A DNA stretch of 63,721 nt, filler included, from Octopus bimaculoides (lineage: Eukaryota): NCBI RefSeq assembly GCF_001194135.2. It is 7 parts of 6 records of this genome, joined end to end, with 100 filler letters (N's around TTAATTAATTAA, not from the genome) between each part and the next. Parts side by side here need not be neighbours in the genome. Positions count along the whole stretch, not along the records: positions 26,006 to 42,320 come from NC_068990.1; positions 42,421 to 52,705 come from NC_069004.1; 5 more parts are not named here. One strand, written 5' to 3'. Shown piece by piece: positions 37,746 through 49,965 of the stretch (positions within the stretch are counted from its first letter, which is position 1; every line of letters begins with the position of its first letter). Position numbers and translations under genes: made by a program. The notes beneath the pieces are model-generated. The model ran no database searches. It saw only the letters and a list, made by a program, of their open reading frames with translations, and was not told where the DNA came from.

Positions 37746-40049
37746 GGTATGTATGTATATATACATATATACATATACATATATAGACATATATATATAT
37801 ACATATAAATACATACACAGACATATATACATACATATATAGACATATATATGTATATATTTATATTTGAGTATGTGCGTATGTGTATTCTGTATGAAAA
37901 TATATATGTAAATATATACATACATGTATATGTGTGTGCGTGAGTGTGTGCGTGTGTTTGTGTATCTGTGTCTATGTGTGTGGTATGTATGTGTGTATTT
38001 CTATGTATGTATGTATTCTGACCTGATTGAAATAATGTAAAATGACTAAGATCCAATGCCAAAATCCTTGGAGAATGTAGGGAAATATTTCTATGTTAGA
38101 TATGCTATTATATTTTTTTTATTTCCTTCTGTTAATACATTTGATATTTCACTTCACTTATCATCTTTTTTTTATTAATTCCTATATTAAGTACAAAAAC
38201 ATCATAAGACTGAATAAATTACTTTGCAGTGAAAAAGAATATAAGTATAAATGTCTAGTTGAATGGGTTATCAGAGAAATATGGTATGTTTATTCCAAAT
38301 GTTTCCTGAGAATATTTTCAGTAAGCATTTCTACTAAACGTTTAAGGTTTGTCCACGGAACGTCTATGCCGGAAAATGCTTCATTTCTTTGCTATCTCAC
38401 AGCAAAATGATTTATACCATTTAGAGAACATTTGGGTAGTTATTAAGATTTTGTACTGGTACTGGCTGAATGAGAAGATTGGTGCACTAAATGCATGCGA
38501 ATAATTGATTTTAATCTACATTGTTCTCCTTCATGCTAGGACCAATGAGTACTAGAGAAGCACAGGCAGTTCACCAATCCTTTACATTCGACCTACTAGA
38601 AATTACAACGATATCTTTCTCGAACGCCATACTACCTTGTTATGAAGAACATGTTGGATAATGTGTTCTTAGATTGTATTAAAAATAATGGGATCTGGGG
38701 AACAATGCCTCTTCCCAAGCTAGAGAGGGAGCTCTTTATGTAATTGCCTGATCTGTTAGGAATATCAGCCAAATCTCATCCCAAATCATGTGCTGTCATA
38801 TTGAAATAAATACATCCGATAGCTGTACTCTCAGATGCATAATGCGCGATAAAAAGGAGCGGCCAAATTTAAATGAAAGCTTGTAAACAGGCTCATTCGG
38901 TGAAAGCTTCTATGCAGTAAACATCACCAACAAGAACAATCATAAACATGTCTTCGACTATATGTCAACAGTCAGGCCTACTAGCAGTTAAACAACAAAT
39001 ATATATTAGAGCCATGTTCTTTCAGGGCTGACCTGAAACTAAGCAGCGACATTATTGTTCATGCATCATCTCAGAGCTAATCTGGGGTAACACAACAACA
39101 GCACAAGTAATAATATTAGCAAATGCGACCCTTTCAATCTGTGAGCTTGAACCATAGTATAGAATTGTTATAATAAGTCAATAAGCAAGCACGAGCAATA
39201 CGTAATCTGATTAACATGGCAGAAAATAAAAAAGTAATGAAGTATCACAAATAATGGATCGTTATTTACTTACTCATTTTACCACTATCTCTTTCTCACT
39301 CGCAGACTTGGAGCAATAACAAAATATTAGATTCTACCCGCTTGACAGCAATTGAACTCATCTAGCTCTCTTATGAACCCTTCTATGTATGCGATAGTTT
39401 GAGTAATTAAAACCTAATGAGGGTGTAGTTATGTGAAATGAAATTGCTAGTATAAGACAGAAAGTTCCAGACAAAATATATTCCATTAAGAACATATAGC
39501 GTACTTATATTTTATTATTTTACTGACGTTTGAATCGTTTCCATACTATGGTATGGGCGTCAAGTATTCCGGGGGAATATATCGACCTATATTTTATCTG
39601 ATACTCCTATCCTCGATCTCAAAAGCAATAAAATTAAAACTGACCGGGAAGCATGAGAAGTATATGCAGCTGATCAATGTACCACAAGATATTTTCTGAT
39701 GGCTGCTGTACCAATTTTTTTTCAACCTACATCCACGAATATTGATATCACGTTCTTTCCTCGAAATCATCTGAAGTAGTTTCAAATACAGTTTTATCCA
39801 TAAAAGTAGGTTTACATGCAGAAACAGATATCTGTTGAGTGTCATGAAAGAAAATTTATGTGTAGACTTCTCTATCAGGTGAGAAAAATTGAGGTATCAG
39901 TACATATGCATAACAGATATTGTTAGCGTTAGAAAACAAAATATAAATTCACTATTGTTATTTTACTCTTTGGAAATTACTACTAAATCAATTTCTTGGA
40001 ATGTTTTCAGTTCATTTACAAATTCCACTTATATCAAACCTAACTATCT

Positions 40050-40164
40050 ATTCATCCCAGCACCTTTTGAAAACCTGGTACTTATTCTGCATCTACGTTA
40101 CTGGGACGTAAGCATATGAATACCGGTTGTCAAGCTGCAGTGAGGGACAAACACAGACACAAAG

Positions 40165-40203
<39 letters not shown>

Positions 40204-40420
40204 AATACACACACATATATGTATATAAGCACACACACACACACATATATATACTTATATGACGGGCTTCTTTCAGTTTTCGTCTACCAAATTCACTCAC
40301 AAGACTTTAGTCGGCTCGGGGCTATATTAGAAAATACTTGCCCAAGACACCACACTGGAACTGAAGCCGGACTGATGTGGTTGAAAAGCAAACTTCTTAC
40401 TACATGACCACCTACAGGCT
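40050..40420 (-). mobile_element. Family B SINE with internal microsatellite
   Basis: GACGGGCTTCTTTCAGTTTTCGTCTACCAAATTCACTCACAAG...TTGCCCAAG is the reverse complement of 45612-45780. Confidence 0.8.
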
Positions 40421-40444
40421 CATATATATACTGATATCAACGTC

Positions 40445-40790
40445 GCTGTCAGTATCTTCATCCTCAACATTTTTATTCTTTTCTGCATAGACTGAACGGG
40501 TCTTCTCCGACACACCATCTTACTACTCTTAGCAGTGTTGCAATCCATTATGTACTCTATGAGGTTCGGCGCCCTCAAATCTGCCTGTGCCACCTTATTC
40601 CATATCTATCCCGGTTCCTCTGTCTTAGGTTTCTTCCAAGATTGATGAGCAATTCTTTTCATGCACCATATGTCAATGCCAACGCCGTCTTCTCTCTTAT
40701 ATACATCTTGTTGCTCATATGAACAGATTTTTTTTTTATCGTAGCTCATTTGTGCTCTGTCGTCCATCTTGCTAACATCATTCTGTACAC
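40445..40790 (-). mobile_element. RTE-clade LINE extreme 3' end, decayed
   Basis: WNKVAQADLRAPNLIE and VSEKTR resemble the RTE C-terminal GRP..TW.EVV..DL..L.L...W...V.EKTR. Confidence 0.5.
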
Positions 40791-41149
40791 GGATACATAC
40801 GTATATACGTATATACCTATATATACACACATACGAACTCATGTATACCCATTCAAAAAGAAATACAAATGAAAGAAAAATACATCTGAAGTGTTTAGAA
40901 GAGTTTACTTGAAACTGTATTGTTCTTTAGTAAATTGTTTTACTGTCATCTCATCATTGCATCATTATGTAAATGGATTATGCCTCAGAACACACTTGTT
41001 TACATTTTAGTGAGCAGTCTTCCATTACTTCCGACTGGTATTTTGGGGAAGGTAGTTAAATGGATCGTGATAAAGTATTAAGAAAAAAATCTTACTAATT
41101 TAGTTACAAGGTCAGCAGTTTTCAAGTGAGAAGTTTAATCGATTGAAAC

Positions 41150-41290
41150 GATTCCAGAATTTGCCTGGTACTATAAGTTATCAGTTCAGAAAGGATCAAA
41201 AGCAAAGTTCACCTTGGCAGGTGTTGAACTCAGAACATAAAGAACTGTAAGAAACACTGCAAGGTATTATTCCAACGATCTAAAAGTTTT
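41150..41290 (-). mobile_element. Old family A SINE
   Basis: CTGGTACT...GAAAGGATCAAAAGCAAAGTTCACCTTGGCAGGTGTTGAACTCAGAACATAAAG. Confidence 0.55.
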
Positions 41291-41730
41291 GCCATCATTA
41301 CAAGTGTTAAGTAATGATGAGATTGGTCAGTTTAATACACATGTAACAATTTCCTTAGGTATCGAATTACACAGAGATACTAAATACATATTGATGTGAA
41401 TTCAATAACTAGCGATCGATATAATAATTAATCTAGCTTGAGATGGTAATTTCATCAATAAATCACTGACACTATATGTATTTCAATGCTTTTTTTATAC
41501 TGTGATTAATCATTAAGTGATTTCGATGACTAGTTAATTAGGAAACTATTTGATTATTAATAATAATAATACGAACTGAAATATAACTACTGCGTGTGTT
41601 TCATTCGCAAAATGACCCACCTAAGTTACAACAGCCCTTGTATCAACACTCGATTTCATAAAAGGTAGCTTGCAAAACATACAAAAACTAAATTCCATTG
41701 AAAACATTGGAGTTTGATGTTTTATCATTT

Positions 41731-42065
41731 GTTTGTTTCAATCATTTGACTGTGGCTATGCTGGAACACCGCCTTTAGTCGAGCAAATTGACCCTAGGAC
41801 TTATTCTTTGTCAGCCTAGTACTTATTCGATCGGACCCTCCTGCCGAACTGCTAAGTTACGGCGATGTAAACACACCAGCATCGGTTGTCAAACGATGTT
41901 GAGGGGACAAACACGACAGGCCTCCGTCTACCAAATCCACTCAGAAGGCTTTGGTCGGCCCGAGGCTATAGTAGAAGACACTTGCCCAAGGTGCCACGCA
42001 GTGGGACTGAACCCGGAGCCATGTGGTTGGTAAACAAGCTACTTACCACACAGCACTCCTGCGCC
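41731..42065 (-). mobile_element. Family B SINE lacking the internal microsatellite
   Basis: High similarity to the reverse complement of 45612-46010, with a deletion between GGTAGACGGA and GTGTTTGTCCCC. Confidence 0.9.
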
Positions 42066-42420
42066 TTTGAAAACCATTTAAAAATAAAATTATATGTTTT
42101 TGTTGCAAACTGATTGTGGTGATACAGGTTTTATTTCTAGCTTACTGTATATCTCTGAACTTGATAAAATAAATATAATTTTCATATAGATTCCGTATCA
42201 CGTCTGACAATTGGCAAAAACTGAACTTGATGTCAGCAAACTAAACAGGAACATTTTATACCTCAGCTATTTTATTTAAAAATCTTATTTCCTTTATTCC
42301 ATGTGTGTGTGTGTGTGTGTNNNNNNNNNNNNNNNNNNNNNNNNNNNNNNNNNNNNNNNNNNNNTTAATTAATTAANNNNNNNNNNNNNNNNNNNNNNNN
42401 NNNNNNNNNNNNNNNNNNNN

Positions 42421-42451
<31 letters not shown>

Positions 42452-42458
<7 letters not shown>

Positions 42459-42625
42459 AATATATGAGTATATGCATATATATGTACATGTATGTACATA
42501 CCTTCATCTACATGTACATATAGATACATATCTGGGTACATGACGTTGCAAAAAAACATAGACAAAATGATAAACAAGGTACAACAAACAAGCAGGCCAC
42601 ATAGAGAACATATCCTTCATCAGCT
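42452..42625 (-). repeat. Copy of the element segment at 15395-15550
   Basis: TCTATGTGGCCTGCTTGTTTGTTG(T/C)ACCTTGTTTA...CGTCATGTACCCAG...GTACATGTAGATGAA is shared between the two loci. Confidence 0.85.
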
Positions 42626-42652
42626 TCCACCATTAAAACACTGGCGTTAACT

Positions 42653-43100
42653 AAAATACGAAGACAGGTGTATGAACAACAAGCAGGTGTATTAATTTGA
42701 CGCTTAGGAAAATGAAAAAGTCTTTTTCGTTTCGAGCCTACACTCTTCAACAGAAAGGAATAAGAGAAAATAAACACACAGAGAGAGGATGAAAAAATAC
42801 TGTAGATGTAGTAGTCAAGTATGGTGAATGATTAGAAAAAAGTTTGAAAGAAGAGGTTGGAAAAATACATACATACATACATGCATACATGCATATATAC
42901 ATATGTGTCTGTATGTGTGTATATGTATGTATATATTGATAGATCGCTAGCCACTACACATTTTTATTTTCTCTCCGTGTTTCTTTCTGTGTTCCTTTCT
43001 GTGGAAGAGCGTAGGCTCGAAATGTTAAAGACTTTTTCACTTCCCGAACGTTAAACTAATACATCTGTTTGTTGTCTACACCACCTGTCTTCGTCTTTTT
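42653..43100. mobile_element. Inverted pair of about 135-bp Penelope-like terminal repeats (42653-42787 and 42965-43100)
   Basis: GAAGACAGGTG...GAAAAAGTCTTT...TTTCGAGCCTAC.CTCTTC.ACAGAAAGGAA is present in both orientations. Each copy holds a hammerhead-like fold. Confidence 0.75.
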
Positions 43101-43132
43101 TTTTTGTTTTTTTTTTTTGTGAATTCTCTCCT

Positions 43133-43207
<75 letters not shown>

Positions 43208-43592
43208 GTCCAATCTATTATACACACATGTGCGTGTGTATATATATATGCATCTGCATGTAGTGTATGCGTATGTTTGTTTGATGAGTGCTTTTGTGTT
43301 TGCGAGCGAGCGTGTGTATATATACGTATGCGCGACGTATATGCTTTTATGGCCGACCGTGTCAAAAATGAGGCTACAAATCTTAAGACATAAAAACGCA
43401 AACATAAAACTACAAAAGAATGTTTTTTTTTTATTCTTTGCCCAATTGTAAACATTTCCGATATTTTATCAACTAGAAAAAGCTTTTGTCATTGATTCGC
43501 GTCAAATCAACGTTGCTCCGGCTATGACAGTCTGATCTTTCTTTTTAAGGGACTTATGTGCATTCCGCACTGTGCTCTCTCCTTTGCTGCAG

Positions 43593-43622
43593 ATAACGAT
43601 TTGTGTGAGGTCTGGTCGCCAA
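43593..43622 (+). CDS. Candidate 30-nt microexon, product unknown
   Basis: Strong acceptor TGTGCTCTCTCCTTTGCTGCAG and donor CAA|GTGAGG; open in two frames (NDLCEVWSP or ITICVRSGRQ). Confidence 0.22.
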
Positions 43623-43791
43623 GTGAGGGTTTTAGTGGGATTTTTATAAATCGGGTGAATGTGGTGCTTTTGCCTTGTCAATAGTTCGGCGTAAAATTAC
43701 GTTTTTCCGAGAACACTTGAAAATGCTTGTGATGCTATACAAACTTGTGACGCTATTATATAAACAACTCATAAAGGAAATTCAAATGCTG

Positions 43792-43794
<3 letters not shown>

Positions 43795-43889
<95 letters not shown>

Positions 43890-43913
43890 CCTCCCTCTCC
43901 CTCTCTCTCCTTC

Positions 43914-43949
<36 letters not shown>

Positions 43950-44214
43950 CTTCTCTCTCTCTCACACACACATATACGTACACAGATGTACGCATATTCG
44001 CTAGGCACATACTTATTAACTACATACAATTTACACAGACACGCACACACACATATGTACACATACACATTCACTTATGTACACATACACATTCACATTC
44101 ACTGATGTACACTCACACTTATACACACTAACACATGCAAACACACACACACACACGTCTGCACACATACACAGGCTCAAACACAAAGGCACATACTCCT
44201 ATACAAGCACGCAG

Positions 44215-44245
<31 letters not shown>

Positions 44246-44370
44246 TGTACACATACACTCACTGACACACATGGAGAGGCACAAAAGCATACATGGATAC
44301 ACACACATACACACCACACAATCACATATACACACACATGCACACACACGCACACATGCACAGGCACACA
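43795..44370. repeat. (CT)n followed by degenerate (CA)n microsatellite
   Basis: Direct inspection. Confidence 0.95.
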
Positions 44371-44589
44371 CAATTAAGTAATAAACCCGCCAACGTTTAG
44401 TACAACACTAACCTTATAACTTCACGATTAAAACACGTTTCAAATTTATGATCTTCATTCAAGACTTAATGCAGGCCTGTTTTGTGTTTTGGTATTAAGT
44501 AGAAAGAAAACAAATAAAACCCGAGGCTTAACTCTTACTAGAAGATCGAGGAGGCACCCCTCGTAAATTGATCTGAATGTAAGATCAGC

Positions 44590-45200
44590 AATTTTTACAC
44601 TTCGAAGCACCTGTGTGCAGTGGGGCTAAGGTGCACTCAGACGTACAAATGTGCTGTAGCGCACCAGTGCATCACACTGTAACATAGTGCTACGAAGCTT
44701 TCGTGCACTGCGGTGTACCACTGTGATGCGATGTACCACTCTGCCGTGAAGCATACATGCACTACGGTGTACCATTGTGATGCAGTGTACCAATGTGCCG
44801 CGAATCATGCGTGCGCTGTGGTGTACCAATGTACCGCGGACATGCATGTGTTACAGTGTACCAGTGTACCAGTGTACCGCGGAGCATTTGTGCGCAGCGG
44901 TGTACCACTGCGACGCGGAGCATGCGTGAACCGCGGTGTACCAATGTGCCACAGAGCATGCGTGAACTGCGGTGAACCAATTGGCCGCGTAACATGCGTG
45001 CGCTGCGGTGTATCAGTGTACTGTGGAGCATGCGTGCGCTACGATGTACCAATGTGCCGCAGAGCATGCGTGCACTGCGGTGTAGCAATGTGCCGCGGGG
45101 CGTGCGAGCGTTGCGATGTACCCAATGTACCGCGTAGTATGCGTGCGCTGCTGTGTACCAATATGCTGCGGTGCAGCAGTACACTGCGGCGCATAGTTTT
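44590..45200. repeat. Degenerate 36-bp GC/CpG-rich minisatellite
   Basis: Consensus about CGGTGTACCAATGTGCCGCAGAGCATGCGTGCACTG, clearest at 44900-45180. Confidence 0.9.
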
Positions 45201-45228
45201 CTAATCATTGATCTTAATTATATATTTA

Positions 45229-45457
45229 AGGCAGCGAGCTGGCTCAAGCGTTAGCACGCTGGACAAAATGTCCGGCAGCATTTCGACCGTCTTAATGTTT
45301 TGAGTTAAAATTCTGCGCCGAGGCCGATTTTGCATTTTATTCTTTCAGGTTCGATAAAATAAATAAGTACCAGTCAAGTACTAGGATCGATGTAATCGAC
45401 TAGGCCCCCTCCTCTAAAATTTCAAGACGTATGCCTATAGTAGAAAGAATTATTGAT
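45229..45457 (+). mobile_element. Family A SINE
   Basis: AGGCAGCGAGCTGGC head, AAGTACCAGTCAAGTACTAGGATCGATGTAATCGAC body, GTAGAAAGAATTATT tail. Confidence 0.85.
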
Positions 45458-45611
45458 TATAGATTTACTTGTTGAGTCTGGAGGGGAAAGTTGTGTCTAT
45501 GACCTTTTCAGGCTCTCTGAGAAGGAAAGACCATTATAGTCGAGTCTATCATAGGAAATTTTCTTATTTAGCCTGTGGAATCAACGATAGTCTCTTTGGA
45601 ATTTGAACATA

Positions 45612-46028
45612 GGCGCAGGTGTGGCTGTGTGGTAAGTAGCTTGCTTACCAACCACATGGTTCCGGGTTCAGTCCCACTGCGTGGCACCTTGGGCAAGTGT
45701 CTTCTACTATAGCCTCGGGCCGACCAACGCCTTGTGAGTGGATTTGGTAGACGGAAACTGAAAGAAGCCCGTCGTATATACTTATATATATATATATATG
45801 TATGTATGTGTGTTTGTGTGTCTTTGTTTGTCCCCCCACCATCGCTTGACAACCGATGCTGGTGTGTTTACCTCCCGGTAACTTAGCGGTTCGGCAAAAA
45901 GAGACCGATAGAATAAGTACTAGGCTTACAAAGAATAAGTCCTGGGGTCGATTTGCTCGACTAAAGGCGGTGCTCCAGCATGGCCGCAGTCAAATGACTG
46001 AAACAAGTAAAAGAGTAAAAGAGTAAGA
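45612..46028 (+). mobile_element. Full-length composite tRNA-derived SINE (family B)
   Basis: A box GGCTGTGTGGTAAG, B box GGGTTCAGTCCC, CORE-like GCACCTTGGGCAAGTGTCTT, internal TA/TG microsatellite, and 3' end GCATGGCCGCAGTCAAATGACTGAAACAAGTAAAAGAG with a repeated tail. Confidence 0.92.
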
Positions 46029-46229
46029 GTATAGAACATCGAAATATGTAATTGAATACTGTGTCGTCTGCTTTTGATTTTGAAGGGGAGAAAATTCAAC
46101 AACAACAATAACAACAACGAGCTCAGCACGAAAGTCTTGTGTGCTGCTATAGCCAACTGTGAGTGGATGAAACAGTCACTCGACCACTTGAAAGACTATT
46201 TGTATAAAAAAATGTATTCGTTTCCCGTT

Positions 46230-46900
46230 CAGCAAAATTTTATGTAGCCTTTTCCCTTTCCTATAAATGCCTTTCCTTTTCTTTCTACCTCATCCTCTCT
46301 CACATTCCTTCTTTTTTCTACTTTCTTTCTCTCCTTCTCACTCTTTCTCTTCCCCTCTTCCAACTCTTTCTTTTTAACAGTGCTTGCTTGTTCTGTTTCT
46401 AAACAGATTCCCATAACGGCAATGCAAGTCTTGCCGATAAAATTGGAAGCATATCACAGTTTGACCCCTTCACACGATAAACAAGTCTGTCAGACGTCAG
46501 CTAATTACAGGCCTGTAGTGTTCACCAACACCAGATCTTTGCTAATAGAAAAAAGTTACAATTTATCAAACTGTTTTGTTTCCTTTCGTTTCTATCTTTG
46601 ATCTAATTCCTTTCTCCTAGTTGTTCAATATTGCTTTAGCGGTACCAAGTTACCATTTAACTTTTTCGATACTTTCACACGCCTTCACTTCGGCGATACA
46701 TCTCACAGATGCTCTGTGATGAATCACCCGTGACATTTTAGGGCTCTTAGGAAATTTCGGGTCTTTCAGCATCAAATACTTTCACCCAATTAAGCCAACC
46801 GAGGCTTGATCAAATCTTAACTTGCACTTCCGAAACAGCAAATCACTGGCCTACCCGCTTCATCTAAAACTTATCCAGTAGTTTTCTCTACAGTTTCGCT
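46230..46900 (-). pseudogene. Possible decayed LINE ORF1
   Basis: Stop-interrupted reading with QTCLSCEGV (zinc-knuckle-like) followed by a K/E/R-rich tail; weak. Confidence 0.22.
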
Positions 46901-47080
46901 GCAGAAATATATGATCCTCTTCTTTATTATATCCATCCATTTCTTGCCATGTGACAATTCATTAAAAGCAAAATTGTTATTGTTGTATCTCAGGACAGTC
47001 ATTACGCCAATAATGATAACACGTACAGGTTATGGATCTAGTCGGTTATTATTATTATTATTATTATCATTATAATTATT

Positions 47081-47293
47081 AAGGCGGCGAACTGGCAGAA
47101 TTATTAGCACGCTGGACGAAATGCTTAGCAGTATTTCGCTACGTTTTGAGTTCAAATCCTGCCGAGGTCGACATTGCTTTCATCCTTTCGAGGTCGATAA
47201 ACTAAGTACAAGTGAAACACTTCGGTCGATGTAATCGACTGGTCTCCACCCCAAAAATTTCGGACTTTGTACCTAGAGTTGAAAAGATAATGA
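47081..47293 (+). mobile_element. Family A SINE
   Basis: AAGGCGGCGAACTGGCAGAA head, GAGTTCAAATCC B box. Confidence 0.85.
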
Positions 47294-47315
47294 TTTTTTT
47301 TTTTTTTTTTATTCA

Positions 47316-47671
<356 letters not shown>

Positions 47672-47942
47672 NNNNNNNNNNNNNNNNNNNNNNNNNNNNN
47701 NNNNNNNNNNNNNNNNNNNNNNNNNNNNNNNNNNNNNNNNNNNNNNNNNNNNNNNNNNNNNNNNNNNNNNNNNNNNNNNNNNNNNNNNNNNNNNNNNNNN
47801 NNNNNNNNNNNNNNNNNNNNNNNNNNNNNNNNNNNNNNNNNNNNNNNNAATATTCACGAAGCTGTGCGCGTGCGTGTCAGGAGACAGTCTTACTAGGAAG
47901 CTAGCTGTGGTGATCATGGTAACAGTAGATCACGTCGGAGAG

Positions 47943-48204
47943 GAAGTATATTCTGGGACAATTCTGTATCTAAACTTGTCTTTTTAAGCAAAATGTCACT
48001 GTTGACGCCAGTTGCGGGAGACTGAGACGACAAAAAAAGAGAGGATTGACTCGATCTGCTACTAAAGAATAACAACAACAACAAAAAAGAAAAAAAAAAA
48101 GAAAAAATGAAAGCCTATGGAAATTTATCAATTTTAATATTTTCGTTTTGTATTCTTCACAAAAAATGGCAAAAGAATATCTGAAAAGACAGCATCTTCG
48201 AACG
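47943..48204. repeat. 262-bp near-identical inverted duplicate of 50485-50746
   Basis: Both copies are 262 bp. One mismatch was noticed by eye (GGGAGACTG vs GGGTGACTG). Confidence 0.95.
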
Positions 48205-48505
48205 TCTGCTTTTAATTTTGAAAGAGAAATACCTATACCTTGTTCAACATATTCCCCTCTCGGATGCACACACTTATTGGCAGTGCAGCCGTTTTTCAGT
48301 TTTTCTAAGCCCTGTAAATGAACTCGGAAGGTTGGACCTCCAACCAGACCTTTCGCGACACCCTTAAAGTCAGAAACTTTTTCAGACCTTCTGTGAAGAA
48401 ATAATAATATTCACCATTCAGAACAGTAATGCAGAGGAAGAGGAAGAAAGTGTAAACGAAGCGGTGCACGTGTCCGGAGACTGTCTTACTAGGAAGGTAG
48501 CTGTG

Positions 48506-48519
48506 GTGACCATGGTAAC
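48506..48519. promoter_or_regulatory. RFX X-box-like motif GTGACCATGGTAAC (also 48814-48827; variant at 47910-47923)
   Basis: Fits the X-box consensus GTNRCC(N0-3)RGYAAC; function untested. Confidence 0.35.
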
Positions 48520-49185
48520 AGTAGATCACGTCGGAGAGGAAAAATGTCGGTGTCGTCGTCTGCTTTTTAATTTTAAAAGAGAAATACCTATACCTGCAAC
48601 AGTAACAACAACGAGACCATAACGAAAATTTCGTCTGCTTCTATAGTAAGCAGTGAGTGAATTAAAGAGTTAGTAGATTGCAAGGAATAACTTGTAAAAT
48701 AATATAAATGTGATATTATACGCCGAAATTAAGTGACCAGAAATCAGGAGTCACGTGTCTTACTAGGAAGCTAGCTGTGCACGTGCACGTGTCTTACTAG
48801 GGAGCTAGCTGTGGTGACCATGGTAACAGTAGATCACGTCGGAGAGGGAAAATGTCGGTGTCGTCTGCTTTTAATTTTGAAAGAGAAATCTATGAAAGAT
48901 AGCTAGAGCATCCCAGTCCAGTACAAATGGATAAAGTGTTCTCCACTGTAGTAAGATATAACAGTGACAAGCAATGAGTCTGGGTGGTAGAAGCGTTGTG
49001 TGCCGATAAAACCAGAATTCGGGTTCTGACGAACCTAAACGAGCGCGTGCTCTCCGATTCCAAATATGAGTTCGATGTTCCAGAAGCATTTAAACACCAA
49101 ACTGTTGTCAACGACCACCATCACCACTACCACTAGGACTTCTTTTTCTTCTTTTTAAGGCTTCTATGGGTACAATTTTCATCCG

Positions 49186-49206
49186 TCAGTAGTAGTAGTA
49201 GTAGTG

Positions 49207-49265
<59 letters not shown>

Positions 49266-49799
49266 GGTGATGGTGGTGGTGGTGGTGGTGGTGGTGGTGG
49301 TAGTGGTAGTAGTAGTAGTAGTAGTAGTAGTAGTNNNNNNNNNNNNNNNNNNNNNNNNNNNNNNNNNNNNNNNNNNNNNNNNNNNNNNNNNNNNNNNNNN
49401 NNNNNNNNNNNNNNNNNNNNNNNNNNNNNNNNNNNNNNNNNNNNNNNNNNNNNNNNNNNNNNNNNNNNNNNNNNNNNNNNNNNNNNNNNNNNNNNNNNNN
49501 NNNNNNNNNNNNNNNNNNNNNNNNNNNNNNNNNNNNNNNNNNNNNNNNNNNNNNNNNNNNNNNNNNNNNNNNNNNNNNNNNNNNNNNNNNNNNNNNNNNN
49601 NNNNNNNNNNNNNNNNNNNNNNNNNNNNNNNNNNNNNNNNNNNNNNNNNNNNNNNNNNNNNNNNNNNNNNNNNNNNNNNNNNNNNNNNNNNNNNNNNNNN
49701 NNNNNNNNNNNNNNNNNNNNNNNGGTGGTGGTGGTGGTAGTGGTAGTCGTAGTAGTAGTAGTAGTGGTAGTAGTAGTGGTGGTGGTGGTGGTGGTGGTT

Positions 49800-49833
<34 letters not shown>

Positions 49834-49882
49834 CAGTAGTAGTGGTAGTGGTGGTGGTGGGGTTGTAGTAGTAGTAGTGGTG

Positions 49883-49922
<40 letters not shown>

Positions 49923-49923
49923 C

Positions 49924-49964
<41 letters not shown>

Positions 49965-49965
49965 C
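49186..49965. repeat. (GTA)n/(GTG)n microsatellite spanning a gap
   Basis: Direct inspection. Confidence 0.95.

Larger units (their letters stand above)
47870..48895 (+). repeat. Locally repeated about 110-bp unit (three copies plus a partial)
   Basis: GTCTTACTAGG.AG.TAGCTGTGGTGA(C/T)CATGGTAACAGTAGATCACGTCGGAGAGG at about 47887, 48483 and 48790, partial at 48756. Each continues to TCTGCTTTTAATTTT.AAAGAGAAAT. Confidence 0.9.
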
